Positions 1-13,000 of a DNA stretch of 64,000 nucleotides are shown one piece after another. The notes under the pieces were generated by a model. The model had not been told where the DNA came from. It worked only from the letters and a program-made list of their open reading frames with translations, and ran no database searches. Within the stretch, counting starts at the first letter, position 1. Each line of letters begins with the position of its first letter. Source of the stretch: Eledone cirrhosa (Eukaryota); NCBI GenBank assembly GCA_964016885.1, contig OZ024757.1, positions 14,818,001 to 14,882,000 of the forward strand. The letters are read 5' to 3'. A program made the translations under genes and the position numbers.

Positions 1-319
1 TAACACACATAGGGTTACCTTATAATCATAGACATTTGGGCTTATGAACACATATATATTTAAATATATACGGGTGCATAGGTGTACGGAGTTCTCATGT
101 CGCCCCTAATGATTCCGCCAGATGTCCCGTCACACATCTCTACATCTTCCATGAAATGTTGATTAGTAAACAAACCGTGTATCTCGCATGTAAGAGGGAA
201 AGCCATAGCAAGTGTTGAGGATAAGAGACGTGTGGAATTAATAATAATAATATTGTTTTAATTATTAATAGTAGTAGTTGTCACAATAAAGTGAGGAGGA
301 CAACGTTATTATAAATACT

Positions 320-517
320 TATACTAATGTTGTTTGGAGGGCGGTGGATTGGCAGAGGGTCGGACGCCATTCTTTGACGTATAGAGTTACGGCCCTTGCC
401 ATTATGAGTTCAAATCCCGCCGAGGTTAACTTTGCCTTTCATCCTTACAGGGTCGATAAAATAAAGTACCAGTAATGCACTGGGTAATTGCTGGCCTTGT
501 GCCAAACGTAGAAACCA
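320..517 (+). mobile_element. tRNA-derived SINE with 14-bp target-site duplication
   Basis: B-box-like GAGTTCAAATCC; body GTTAACTTTGCCTTTCATCC...GTCGATAAAATAAAGTACCAGT...GGCCTTGTGCCAAA recurs at ~29927-30105, 58144-58331, 37341-37432 (partial) and 23270-23385 (minus). TTATTATAAATACT flanks it at 306-319 and 518-531. Confidence 0.85.
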
Positions 518-1004
518 TTATTATAAATACTCATATACACACAAGCTTAAACAGGTATACATGCGTACGCTTATCTAGACACATACGTACATAAACGTTT
601 ATAAATAAAAGCCAAAGATAAGAAGAACATAGCTTACCATATCGAATTTGGAAGGATGCACACGACGTTGAGTGCTTCAATATGGTCCCATCATCATTTG
701 CTGATACGATTATTGCATACACAACACAAGTTTAAAGAGCTATCTGTTTAGAAACCATCAAGCCAGGCCACCATCTATACACTGAGGTATGACAATTGAA
801 GGACATCACCGCAAATCAGGTGGTTGTAACATCAAATCAAACCTAAAGAGATAAAAATAAGAGTCATGATATATTTTCTGAAAACTACAGAATAGTAAAA
901 GATATGTCGACACTTTTGCGGTATTAATAAGACTGAGAAAGGTATGAACGCCACCACGTCAATTAAGCTTCGAAAATAGAAAGTAGGTTTATATATATAT
1001 TAAT

Positions 1005-1560
1005 TTTCATTTTCTTCCCCAATTCTGTATTTTGAAGTCCTTTCATTATTTTAAATATTTCTATCATGTCACTCGTTTGATTAATCTCCTCCAAAGTTGT
1101 AATTCTAAGTGTTTGTCCCTGGTATAGTGAACTAATGTTGATATTTTCAAGTCTTGGCATTTATATGGAATAGTGTACTAATATTTAAATTGTCTTCATC
1201 TTTTTATCCTGTCTCCCCTAAGATTTATCTCCTCTAAATTTACAAAAGCTTCTCATTTCTTTCACAAGATAGATCTTTAAATAATTATATTGTTTTCTGT
1301 TTTCTTCTTCTCTGGGTTGCTTCAAGAGCCTCACCATTTGTTCGGATGTCGGTTGATCATGGCCCAAAACAATATTCTCAGTGGTATCACATATTCCTGT
1401 AGAGTTTTAGATTTTTCAGCATTTAGTTAGGAAAAAGAATGTTTTATTATTTCTATTATCCGTCTCGCTGTTTTATTTCTACATGGTTAGCCATCTTTCA
1501 ATTCATATTCATACATATTCACAATTCTTCTGTGAGGGTATAAGCTCGTTATTTGCTCAA
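1005..1560 (-). pseudogene. Fossil 3' part of CR1-group LINE ORF2
   Basis: Minus-strand peptide LRITTLEEINQTSDMIEIFKIMKGL resembles the CR1/L2 C-terminal L.TLE.RR.RGDMIE.FKI motif; degraded (P)HLEYC-like sequence upstream; many stops. Confidence 0.7.
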
Positions 1561-2143
1561 CATTCGATACCAAAACATGCTTCCTATTCATAACTTCGTT
1601 GTACGAATATAATAATTAAAGTATATATACAAGCCATCTGTATATATATATATATATATATATATAGCTGCTTATTAACTCTTTCCCGAAACATATCTTC
1701 AAAATAAGCTAAGACATATCCCGAAATATATTATAAGGTGTCTCAATAATTATTCCATTTCAATCAATTTCTCATTTTAGTTTTCTTTAGAAATATCTTG
1801 GCATTGAAGATTTGTCCTTCTCATAGTAATTAGCTTGTCTCAAAATTGTTCGTAGTGTTTCATGTTTCGTGTCAAAAACTATCGTTAATTCAAGATTTTG
1901 CTCTAATGTAATAAATGTTACTTTTAAAAGAGTGAAGCTCTCAATTTTTTCTTTCTCTTGTATATTGATATCCAAAGAATGACAAATGTATGTGTTAGGA
2001 GAAAAAACCCACAGCCAAAAAACCCATATCCAAACAATGACAAATGTATGTGTTATGCGGTAGGAGGAAAAAACAACGACCTTCTTCCGTCGCTCTAGAA
2101 GGCTAACTAACAATATCGTTCGTAGGAGTGACAAGTACTCGAC

Positions 2144-2240
2144 AACTGAGCACACCTCTTACTGCCTTTTATATACCATGTTAACTGGACAGACTTGCCA
2201 AGTATGGATACACTCTCACCTTATCAATATTGTCCGAGTC
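2144..2240 (-). promoter_or_regulatory. Candidate Pol II core promoter (TATA box, Inr-like TCAGTT, upstream GATA motif)
   Basis: Minus strand TATATAAAAGG at 2175-2165, TCAGTT at 2149-2144 (~28 nt downstream), TGATAA near 2221-2226. The TATA block is conserved in paralogous units at 31760-31768, 36004-36011 and 39284-39291. Confidence 0.45.
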
Positions 2241-2549
2241 CGAGGACATTTTTCTCTCTGGTTAAGGAGTGAGATAAAATATTAGGGATCAATGTCTAGC
2301 AATAATTTAATTAAATTATATTTAACCAAAGCTGTTATGTCGTGTTTGTTGTTATATTTTATAGTCGTGGTTTCAATGTTTATCAGTGGTTGTAGAATTA
2401 GTTTTATCTAATTATTATCAAACAAAAATGATGTATATATTGTCGTTGTACGTTGAAATCACATATATACATTTATATACACACCAAGGATGGAGGGAAG
2501 ACAGAATTGAAAACCATTATTGCTGAGCACAACATTGCAGGATCAAATC

Positions 2550-2551
<2 letters not shown>

Positions 2552-2644
<93 letters not shown>
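2552..2644. repeat. (CA)n(TA)n microsatellite
   Basis: Seen directly; length differs from the duplicate at ~32145-32211. Confidence 0.98.
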
Positions 2645-2841
2645 GGATAATCAGGTATGTCCATTTATGAACGCCACTGCAGATCATCAGGTCGTAGGAT
2701 GAAACCAACCCTACAGAAATGATAAACCATATGAAGGTATATTTTATGAAAGCTCGTGAAGAATGAAAGTGAACCATTTTGAATTGTTAATATCATTGGG
2801 AAAGCCATGAAGGCCACTACATCAATTTTTCTTTTAAATAG

Positions 2842-3133
2842 AAAGTAGGTTTATAAATATTAATTTTGATAGTATTTTTGTAGCAGTCTCAGTAGCCTAT
2901 TGGTAGGTGTTGAGACTGTGGTGATGCTGGTGTGGGGTTCAATCTCAGTCAGGAATCTCTCGAAAGATTTAATTTTTTTTAATTTTTCATAAAATGAACA
3001 AAATATAGCGGTTGCAGGAATCTGACTGAGATCGAACACCAGACCAGGATCTGCACCCCTTCTAATACTTACCACTAGTCCACGGAGACGTTATAAAAAC
3101 TCACTGAAAATTAATATTTATAAACCTACTTTT
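2842..3133. mobile_element. Fold-back/MITE-like element made of two convergent tRNA-like heads
   Basis: AAAGTAGGTTTATAAATATTAATTTT at the left end and its reverse complement at the right end; each arm has A-box-like (TAGCCTATTGG / TGGACTAGTGG) and B-box-like (GGTTCAATC / GTTCGATC) motifs. Extra minus-strand heads at ~3180-3295 and 3355-3465. Confidence 0.7.
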
Positions 3134-4179
3134 TCAATTTTTTATAAAAACAAGATTTCTGTACAAGGATTTTAGTGTAGACCTGACAGAGATTGAACCC
3201 TCTAACCAGTATCACCCCTGTCTCTAATATCTACCACTAGACTACTGAGACTGTTACGAAATCAGAGTGAAAATTAATATTTATAAACTTACTTTTTAAT
3301 GGTTTTTATTTTAGAAGAGGTAAACTAAAAATAATAATCCCCATAGTGTAGAACCTGAAAGCGATTGAACTCTAGACCAGGATTTCACAGTCTCTAATAC
3401 ATACCACTGGGCCAGAGAGAATGTACGAATTCGTTATGAAAATTAATATTTATGAAACTACATTTTGTTCGGAAGTAATTCAAATAAACTATTGTTTCAG
3501 ACGATCCCGTAACAAGTTGAAAGCAGCGATTCTTTGCTTAAACTTTAATAAATAAATAAACATATATATTTATGTGTGTTTACATATATATGCGTTGCTC
3601 TGATGCTATTTCTAGCAAATTTATTGTTTTTTATGAAAAATACAGAAACCGGAACTGAAAAGATTTAAACATCTTTGGTCAAAATTCAGGCGAACTTTTT
3701 TAAACAAAAGGATTTTTTTTGTAAACAAACTTGAAATTTTTGCCAAGAAACATAACTCTTGCCTGACTTAAACGCAAAAATTGATGCAAAAATTTTGCGT
3801 GTGTGCAAATTATAGGGACTGTACGAATTCATTGTGACAATTAATATTTATAAAACTACATTTTGTTCGGTTGAAAACTCGATGTAGTGGCGTTCATGGC
3901 TTTGTCGGGACGTCCTTGAATTCATCCCCCGAAGGGAATTCATAAAGTAAATCTAGACTTTATTTCTCATTGCTCTAGGCTTGATTTGAACCTACAACGA
4001 CTCCGTCTGCAATAATGTCATACGTCATTCCAGCTTAGTAGGTCGTGCCCGTAAATTGGTAAACGTAATTCCTATACATACATGCAAGTAAGATTTGAAC
4101 CTACAATGCTGTGCTTAATTTCTATAAATAAGTGTGTTTTATAAAAGAAAGTAAAGAAACAATTTAATGAAAGTAACAA

Positions 4180-4400
4180 ATTTATTTTATTCAGTAATGT
4201 TTTTTTTAAATTTTATTTATTCACTTCATTGACTGCTGAATAGTTCTCTTGTTTTTGTTTGTTCTAACATTGTTTACTGTAAATGTTGACTGTGACGAGA
4301 CTGGATTATTACCAAGTTTTACTGGATGATGGCATTTCCTTATTGTATTATTTTGTTGTCAGTCGACATCTGGACATCTCTCTGAATACCTGGAATAAAC
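4180..4400 (-). other. Conserved terminal-exon-like block of the tandem unit
   Basis: Minus strand TTTATTCCAG|GTATT acceptor-like site (AG at 4391-4390), conserved core AAGGAAATGCCATCATCCAGTAAA, AATAAA downstream. Paralogues at ~7245-7435, 9480-9645, 33175-33392, partial at ~37050-37145. Confidence 0.4.
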
Positions 4401-4954
4401 ATAAGGTGTGTCTTTTACGTAACATTTCATTTAATATCTGATATTCCAATGGATCACTTTTAAAATAAAACCAATACACAGGACAGGTAGACTACATCAA
4501 AAGAGACCAGAGATGAGGTACGAATAATCTAAAATTAATTTTTAAAAAAAGACAATGTTTAAAGAAAGACAAACATTAAAAAAGGATTTCCAACAAACAC
4601 GTAAAGACAAAGACAATCACATCCACAATTTAATATCTGGAGATCAACATTTTTCACGGTATAAATAAAACTAAATATGTAAAGTTAAGTGACCTCTCAT
4701 TTATTTGCTCTAACTTTATTTTACTAATCTGTATTCTGTAGACATATATTTTCGTTGGTGTACATTACGATTTCGTTGATGAAAGTTTTCACTCGTGTTT
4801 AGATCTTTATTTCTTATAATACTCACCTCTTCCTATTATATTTTCATATATACATATATATATTTACTTTTACCTGGAGTTTCGACCGATAGATAGTATT
4901 AGCAATTGGAAAGACCAATGGAGATATTGTTTCCTCGCTCCGATTTGACGAATG

Positions 4955-4988
<34 letters not shown>

Positions 4989-5739
4989 CTCACTTCTATG
5001 TAAATATACATACATATATATTAAAAACACATACCATATACCATCATAATAACGATTGACTAACCATCAGGACACATACTTGCTCATGTGAGAATTTTCA
5101 CAGAGACACTTACGAAAACCGAACTTGCAACGCCACGTACACTTACATACACATATATGTACATACACACATACGTACATACACATATAGAACAGCTATG
5201 ACTTATATAGGTACATCAAAGTTTGGGTTTCGCTATTGTACCATTTGAGGTAGTTAGAAAGAAGTACCAGTGTAGTACTGGAGGTCGATTCTTCTATATC
5301 TCTTTCTCAATTCCTTTCTCTCACTCTCTATCATTCTCTGTAAGACATCTGTGACCAGATCTGGGGTGGAGATGGGATCTGTCAACTTTTACAAAATACC
5401 CGAGACTCCCTCACAAGTTATAGGTCCCTACCTACATATATGACAGATTCTTTATTTAGATCTCTTTTACTCGATGATGCAAGACAAGTTTTCAGTGAGT
5501 CAGAAAGGAATATTTGTGATATGAAGGGAGAACCTCTCTGAATAAATATTAGATAGTTAAGATGCTACGTAAAGAAGGCGGTGACAACATCGAGTATCAC
5601 AGATGCCATGTGGAAATAGACATCGACATATATATACAAAGATAGGGGACCTTATCATCATAGACAGTTGGGCTTATGAACACACACACACATATTTATA
5701 TACATACATACATATATATACATATTTATATATATATGT

Positions 5740-5834
5740 GGCTTCTGCAGGACTAGAACTGTTTCATTCGGAACAAATCAAGGGCTTTCCTGGTGATTTC
5801 TTCCGAATGAAACAGTTCTAGTCCTGTAGAAGCC
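5740..5834. repeat. ~95-bp hairpin (palindromic) repeat, copy 1
   Basis: GGCTTCTGCAGGACTAGAACTGTTTCATTCGGAA ... TTCCGAATGAAACAGTTCTAGTCCTGTAGAAGCC; other copies at 8728-8822 and 25459-25570. Confidence 0.9.
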
Positions 5835-7479
5835 ATTTCTATATTAAATATTATTTATTAAGTATTTATATTCTGCTATGTAATGAGTACCTTACTTACT
5901 GTGGTTACCGCCGATTGAACCCGGGATAAACATATATATATATATATATACATACGAGTGCACAGGTATTTGGTGTCCTCAAGTTAACACTAAGGATTCC
6001 GCCCGATGTCCCGTCACGCATTACTACATCTTCGAGTAAATGTTGATTAGTAAACAAACCGTGTATCTCACATGTAAGAGGGAAAGCCATAGCAAGTGTT
6101 GAGGATAAGAGACGTGTGAAAATAATAATAATAATAGTGTTAAAATTATTAATAGTAGTAGTTGTAATGATAAAGTGAGGGGGACAATGTTATTATAAAT
6201 ACTTATGTACACACAAGCTTACACATATCTACACACGTACATACATAAACATTTATAAATAAAAGACTAAGCTGATAAAAAGAACATATATTACCGTATG
6301 AGTTTGGAACGATACACATGACGTTGAGTTCTTGAATCTGATCCCAAAAAGCTGCAAAAAATTAGTAAAACCCCCTTATTTTATATAGATCCTGGTCAAG
6401 ATAGAAACCCAGACCAGGATATCCACCGTCTCTCGCTACAGAGACAGCTTCAAAATAATATTAAAAATTAATATTTATAAACTTACTTTTTATTTTGGAA
6501 GATTAATTGAAGTGTTGCTGTTATTAGAAAGGGTCGACTTTGTCTTTCATAATTCAGGGGCTTTCATGAAGTAAATATTCATTTTATTTCTTAATGCCCT
6601 AGTGTTGATTTGAACCTACAATGACTTCGTCTGCAATAATGTTCACTAATTTAAAATCTGTCATACGTAAATCCTGTGTGCGACTTAGAAATAAATTGTG
6701 AAATGTCACTTTTAAATATTTACCAATGTAAGATTGGAACCTACAGTGATGTGCTTTGCAGTAATGTCCCGCAACTCCAACTAGATTGCGCTAAGCTTAT
6801 ATATTTCTTTCGTCCGAGCAACATAATGGTTTCGATCCCAGTTCGCTACTGGTACAAGAAATAATTTAAAGAAATTCTATATCCCCAGCTAAATATTGAA
6901 TTCCTAATGACATTTTATGTTAATATCAATAACCCCATTACACACTGCATATCTAAACCCTGAACACGCATATTTATAACTCAATTCCTAATTTTTAAAT
7001 GATATTACACGACCTTTGTGTTCTCGGTGTAAATCCTGTCGATAATTTACAATTTTAGAGCAGCAAAATAGAGTACCATCATTTTATGGGTTCAATTTAA
7101 TCGATCGGCTTCTCCCCGTCCATCACTTGACATTTGCCAAACAAAGACACACAAATAGTGTATATATATATATATATGATACGACAAATTTGAAATAAAT
7201 TACGTGTTTAATTAAGAAATTATAATTATTTAGTAATAATATTTTTATTGTTTGTTTTCACTGCATTAACTGCCGAGTGTGACTTTTATTTTTCTTACTA
7301 TGTTCTACTACTGTAAATGGCGGCTGAGACGTTATTGGATTATTACTAAGGTTTACTGGATGATGGCGTTTCCTTATTGCATTATTTTACAAACAGAGGA
7401 CATCGGAACCTCTCTCTATATACCTGGGATAAATGTAAGGAGCATTGTTATTTTATATATAGTACAATGGTCATCTCTT

Positions 7480-7855
7480 CTTATATTTACATTTTCTCCA
7501 ATTCTGTATTTTGAATATTTCTATTATGTCACTCGTGTGATTAATCTCCTCCAAAGTTGTAATTCTCAGTGTTTGTCCTTGGTATAGTGAACTAATTTTG
7601 ATATACTCTTTATAATTTTATCCTGTCTCCCCTAAGATTTATCTCCTCTTAATTTACAAAAGTTTTTCATCTTCCTTCGCAAGTCAGATCCCTAAATAAT
7701 TCTAGTGTCTTCTGTTTTCTTCTTCTCTGGGTTGCTTCAAGAGCCTCACCGTTTTTTGGGATGTCGGTTGACCATGGCCCAAAACAATATTCTCAGAGGA
7801 ATCACACATATTCATGTAGAGTTTTAGATTTTTCAGCATTTAGTTAGGAAAAAGA
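7480..7855 (-). pseudogene. Fossil CR1-group LINE fragment (paralogue of 1005-1560)
   Basis: Aligns by eye to 1015-1440 with internal deletions. Confidence 0.65.
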
Positions 7856-8727
7856 GTGCAAAATAAGCTCATTATTTGTCCGAGGACATTTTCTCCCTGG
7901 TTAAGGAGTGAGATAAAATATTAGGGATCAATCTCTAGCAATAATTTAATTAAATTATAGTTAACCAAAACTGTTATGTCGTGTTTGTTGTTAGATTTTA
8001 TAGTCGTGGTTTCAATGTTTATCAGTGGTTGTAGAATTAGTTTTATCTAATTATTATCAAACAAAAATGATGTATATATTGTCGTTGTACGTTGAAATCA
8101 CATATATACATTTATATACACACCAATGATAGAATTGAAAACCATTGCAGGATCAAATCTAACACACATATATATATATAATAATCTCAGTCAGGAATCT
8201 CTCGAGAAATTTAATTTTTTTTAATTTTTCATAAAATGAAATAAAAAGAGCGATTGCAGGAATCTGACTAAGATCGAACCCCAGACCAGGATCACCACCA
8301 CCTCTAATACTTACCACTAGTCCACAGAGACGATTATAAAAACAAATTTCTGTAGAACCTGATAGAGATTGAACCCGTAACCAGTATCACCACTGTCTTC
8401 AAATATACCTAACTGTACAATGGATTTCATACATTTTCCAATATATATATGCTTATATTTACTTCTACCTGGAGTTTCGACCGATAGATAGTATTAGCAA
8501 TTGGAAAGAATATTTCAGAAAGGAATATTTGTGATATGAAGGGAGAACTTCTCTGAATAAATGTTAGATAGTTAAGATGCTACGTAAAGCAGGCGGTGAC
8601 AACATCGAGTACCAGAGATGCCATGTGGAAATAGACATCGACATATATATACAAAGATAGGGGGACCTTATCATCATAGACACTTGGGCTTATGAACACA
8701 CATGTGTGTGTGTGTGTGTGTGCGGCT

Positions 8728-8822
8728 GGCTTCTGCAGGACTAGAACGGTTTCATTCGGAAGAAATCAAGGGCTTTCCTGATGGTTTTTTCCGAATGAAA
8801 CAGTTCTAGCCCCGTAGAAGAC
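8728..8822. repeat. Hairpin repeat, copy 2
   Basis: Same arms as 5740-5834. Confidence 0.85.
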
Positions 8823-9699
8823 ATTTCTATATGAAATATTTATACTCTGATATATATTGAGTACCTTACTTACTGTGGCTTTCATGCCTTTCTTAGTGTT
8901 GCTGTTACTAGAAAGGGTCGACTTTGTCTTTCAGGAAGTAAATATTCATTTTATTTCTTAACGCGTTGATTTGAACCTACCATGACTTCGTCTGCAATAC
9001 CTAAATCCTGTGTGCGACTTACAAATAAATTGTTAAACATCACTTTTATCAATGTAAGATGTAACTCCAACTAGATTGCGCTAAGCTTGTATATTTCTTT
9101 CGTCCGAATAACATAATGGTTTCGATCCCAGTTCGCTACTGGTACAATAAATAATTTAAAGAAATCCTATATCCCCAGCTAAATATTGAATTCCTAACGA
9201 CATTTTATGTTACTTAATACCAATAACCCCGTTATACACTGAATATCTAAGCCCTGAACACACATATTTATAACTCAATTTCTAAATGATATTACACCAC
9301 CTTTGTGTTCTCGGTGGATATTAATTTACAAGTTTATAGGTTCCATTTAATCGATCGGCTTCTCCCCATCAATCACTTGACATTTGCCAAACAGTATACG
9401 ACAAATTTGAAATAAATTAGGTGTTTAATTAAGAAAAAGAATTATTGAAAGTAAGAAATTATAATTATTTAGTAATAATATTTTGTTTGTTTTCACTGCA
9501 TTTACTGCTGAGTGTGACTTACTTTTTTACTGTAAATGGCGGCTGCCACGATATTGGATTATTATTAAGGTTTACTGGATGACGGCGTTTCCATAGTGTA
9601 TTATTTTACAAACAGTGGATAACTTTCTAAATACCTGGAATAAATGTAAGAAACTTTTTTTTGTATTTTTTCATCCTCAGAACAAAGGTCATCTCTTAT

Positions 9700-10030
9700 A
9701 TTTACATTTTCTTCCCCAATTCTGTATTTTGAAGTCCTTTCAGTATTTTAAATATTTCCATCATGTCACTCGTTAGAATTACAACTTTGGAGGAGACTAA
9801 TCAAAGTGTTTGTCTTTGGTATAGTGAACTAATGTTGATATTTTAAAGTCTTGACATTTATATGGAATAGTGTACTAATATTTTTATCCTGTCTCCAAGA
9901 TTTTAGATTTTTTCCGCATTTAGCTAGGAAAAAGAACGTTTTATTATTTCCATTATCAGTCTCGCTGTTTTGCTTCAACATGGTTAGCCATCTTTCAATT
10001 CTTATTCATAAACATTCACAATTCTTCTGA
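9700..10030 (-). pseudogene. Fossil CR1-group LINE fragment, cut by the purine satellite
   Basis: Aligns to 1005-1532; homology ends at CACAATTCTTCTG, where the GA-rich tract starts. Confidence 0.65.
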
Positions 10031-13000
10031 GAGAAACAAGCGATGAGAGGAACGAGAGAGAGGAGAGAGATGAGAGGAACGAAAAAGAGATGAAAAACGA
10101 GAGAGACGAACGAGAGAGACGAACGAGAGAAACGAACGAGAGAAACGAGAGAGACGAACGAGAGAAACGAGAGACTGAGATGAAACGATAGAGAGAGAGA
10201 GACAGATGAAACAGAGAGAGAGTGGAAACGATAAAGTGAGAGAGAGAGTGATATAACGAGAGAGAGAGAGAGATAAATGAAACGAAAGAGATGAAACGAG
10301 AGAGGGATAGGAACGGATAGAGAGAGATGGATAGAGAGAGAGAGGGATGGATGGAGAGAGAGGGAAGGATAGAGAGAGAGAGAGTGAGACGGATGTAGCG
10401 AGTGAGAGGGGTGGATAGGAGAGAGAGAGATGGAGAGAGGGATGGAAGGAGAGAGAGGGATGGAGAGAGAGGGACGGAAGGATGGATAGAGAATTGGATG
10501 GAGAGAGAGGGTTGGAGAGGGATGGATGGATAGAGGGATGGATGGACGGATAGAGAGAGCGGGATGGCTGGAGCGGGATGGCTGGAGAGGGATGGCTGGG
10601 GAGAGAGAGAGAGGGACGGAGAGAGAGGGGGACGGATGGATGGATAGAAAGAGAAAGGGATGGCTAGAAGGAGAGATAGAGAGAGAGAGAGAGGGATGGA
10701 TGGAAAGAGAGAGAGGGATGGATGGAAAGAGAGAGAGGGATGGATGGAGAGAGAGAGATGGATAGAGAGAGAGATGGATGGAGAGAGAGAGAGAGATGGA
10801 TGGAGAGAGAGAGAGGGACGGATGGATGGATAGAAAGAGAAAGGGATGGATAGAAGGAGAGAGGGATGGAAGGAGAGAGAGAGAGAGGGATGGAAGGAGA
10901 GAGAGAGAGAGGGATGGAAGGAGAGAGAGAGAGGTGGATGGAGAGAGAGAGAGAGAGAGGTGGATAGAGAGAGAGAGGGATGGAAGGAGAGAGAGGGATG
11001 GAAGGAGAGAGAGAGATGGAAGGAGAGAGAGAGATGGAAGGAGAGAGAGAGAGAGAGAGAGGGATGGAAGGAGAGAGAGAGAGGGATGGAAGGAGAGAGA
11101 GAGAGAGAGAGATGGAAAGAGAGAGAGAGAGATGGATAGAGAGAGGGATGGATGGATAGAGAGAGAGAGAGAGAGGGATGGATGGATAGAGAGAGAGAGA
11201 GAGGGATGGATGGATAGAGAGAGAGAGAGAGGGATGGATGGATAGAGAGAGAGAGAGATGGATGGATAGAGAGAGAGAGGGATGGAAGGAGAGAGAGAGG
11301 GATGGAAGGAGAGAGAGCGGGATGGAAGGAGAGAGAGAGAGAGAGCGGGATGGCTGGGGAGAGAGAGAGAGAGATGGATAGAGAGAGAGAGGGGCGGATA
11401 GAGAGAGAGGGACGGATAGAAAGAGAAAGGGATGGATAGAAGGATAGAGAGAGAGAGGGATGGATGGAAAGAGAGAGCGGGACGGATAGAGAGAGAGCGG
11501 GACGGATAGAGAGAGAGAGGGATGGAAGGAGAGACTGAGATGAAACGATAGAGAGAGAGTGGAAACGATAAAGTGACAGAGAGAGTGATATAACGAGAGA
11601 GAGAGGTGAAACGAGAGAGAGAGAGAGAGAGAGATAAATGAAACGAAAGAGATGAAACGAGAGAGAGGGATGGATAGAGAGAGGGAAGGAGAGAGAGAGG
11701 GACGGATAGAGAGAGAGAGGGATGGAGAGAGAGGGAAGGATAGAGAGAGAGAGTGAGACGGATGTAGCGAGTGAGAGGGGTGGATAGGAGAGAGAGGGAT
11801 GGAGAGAGAGGGACGGAAGGATAGATGGATGGATAGAGAGAGAGAGGGATGGAAGGAGAGAGAGGGATAGAGAGAGAGGGACGGAAGGATGGATAGAGAA
11901 TTGGATGGAGAGAGAGGGATGGATAGATGGAGGGATGGATGGATGGAGAGAGAGTGAGACGGATGTAGCGAGCGAGGGATGGATGGAAAGAGAGAGAGGG
12001 ATGGATGGAAAGAGAGAGAGGGATGGATGGAAAGAGAGAGAGCGGGATGGAAGGAGAGAGAGAGATGGATAGAGAGAGAGATGGATGGAGAGAGAGAGAG
12101 GGACGGATGGATGGATAGAAAGAGAAAGGGATGGATAGATGGAGAGAGAGAGGGATGGAGAGAGAGAGGGATGGAGAGAGAGACAGAGGGATGGATAGAG
12201 AGACAGAGGGATGGAGAGAGAGACAGAGGGATGGAGAGAGAGAGGGGCGGATAGAGAGAGAGGGACGGATGGATGGATAGAAAGGGATGGATAGAGAGAG
12301 AAAGGGATGGATAGAGAGAGAGAGAGAGTGAGAGGGATGGATGGAAGGAGAGAGAGGGATGGAAGGAGAGAGAGGGATGGATGTAGAGAGATTGATGGAG
12401 AGAGGGAGAGTGATGGATGGAGAGAGAGAGAGGGAGAGTGATGGATGGAGAGAGAGAGAGGGATGGATGGATGGATGGGTAGAGAGAGGGATGGATGGGT
12501 AGAGAGGGACGGATAGAGAGAGGAATGGATGGATGGAGAGGGACGGATAGAGAGAGGAATGGATGGATGGAGAGGGACGGATAGAGAGAGAGAGGGATGG
12601 AAGGAGAGAGAGAGGGATGGGGAGAGAGAGAGAGATGGATAGAGAGACAGAGGGATGGAGAGAGAGGGGCGGATAGAGAGAGAGGGATGGATGGATGGAT
12701 AGAAAGAGAAAGGGATGGAGAGAAGGAGAGAGAGAGAGAGAGGGATGGATGGAAAGAGAGAGAGGGATGGAGAGGGATGGAAAGAGAGAGAGAGCGGGAT
12801 GGAAGGAGAGAGAGATGGATAGAGAGACAGGGACGGATGGATGGATAGAAAGAGAAAGGGATGGATAGAAGGAGAGAGAGAGGGATGGATGGAGAGAGAG
12901 ATGGATGGATGGATGGATAGAGAGAGCGGGACGGATAGAGAGAGAGAAAGAGGGATGGAAGGAGAGAGAGAAAGAGGGATGGAAGGAGAGAGAGAAAGAG

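Larger units (their letters stand above)
1..2916 (+). repeat. Recent segmental duplication, copy A (continues left of window); copy B at 29588-32489
   Basis: Near-identical sequence. ORFs 531-722/30118-30309 and 963-1160/30554-30751 translate identically; 1787-2155/31380-31748 differ at 3 residues. Identity drops abruptly after ...GTTGAGAC (2916/32489). Confidence 0.95.

Noticed and set aside
1787-2155. 122-aa hydrophobic ORF downstream of the TATA block (also 31380-31748; partial similarity to 39124-39330)
   Set aside because: GTG start, the frame is broken by a stop in the 35900-35980 paralogue, and the similarity is explained by DNA-level duplication.
4355-4365. In-frame TGA aligned with a Cys codon of the 33380 paralogue (possible selenocysteine)
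   Set aside because: Other paralogues have TAA stops or deletions in this frame and I see no SECIS; a nonsense change in non-coding or decayed sequence is simpler.
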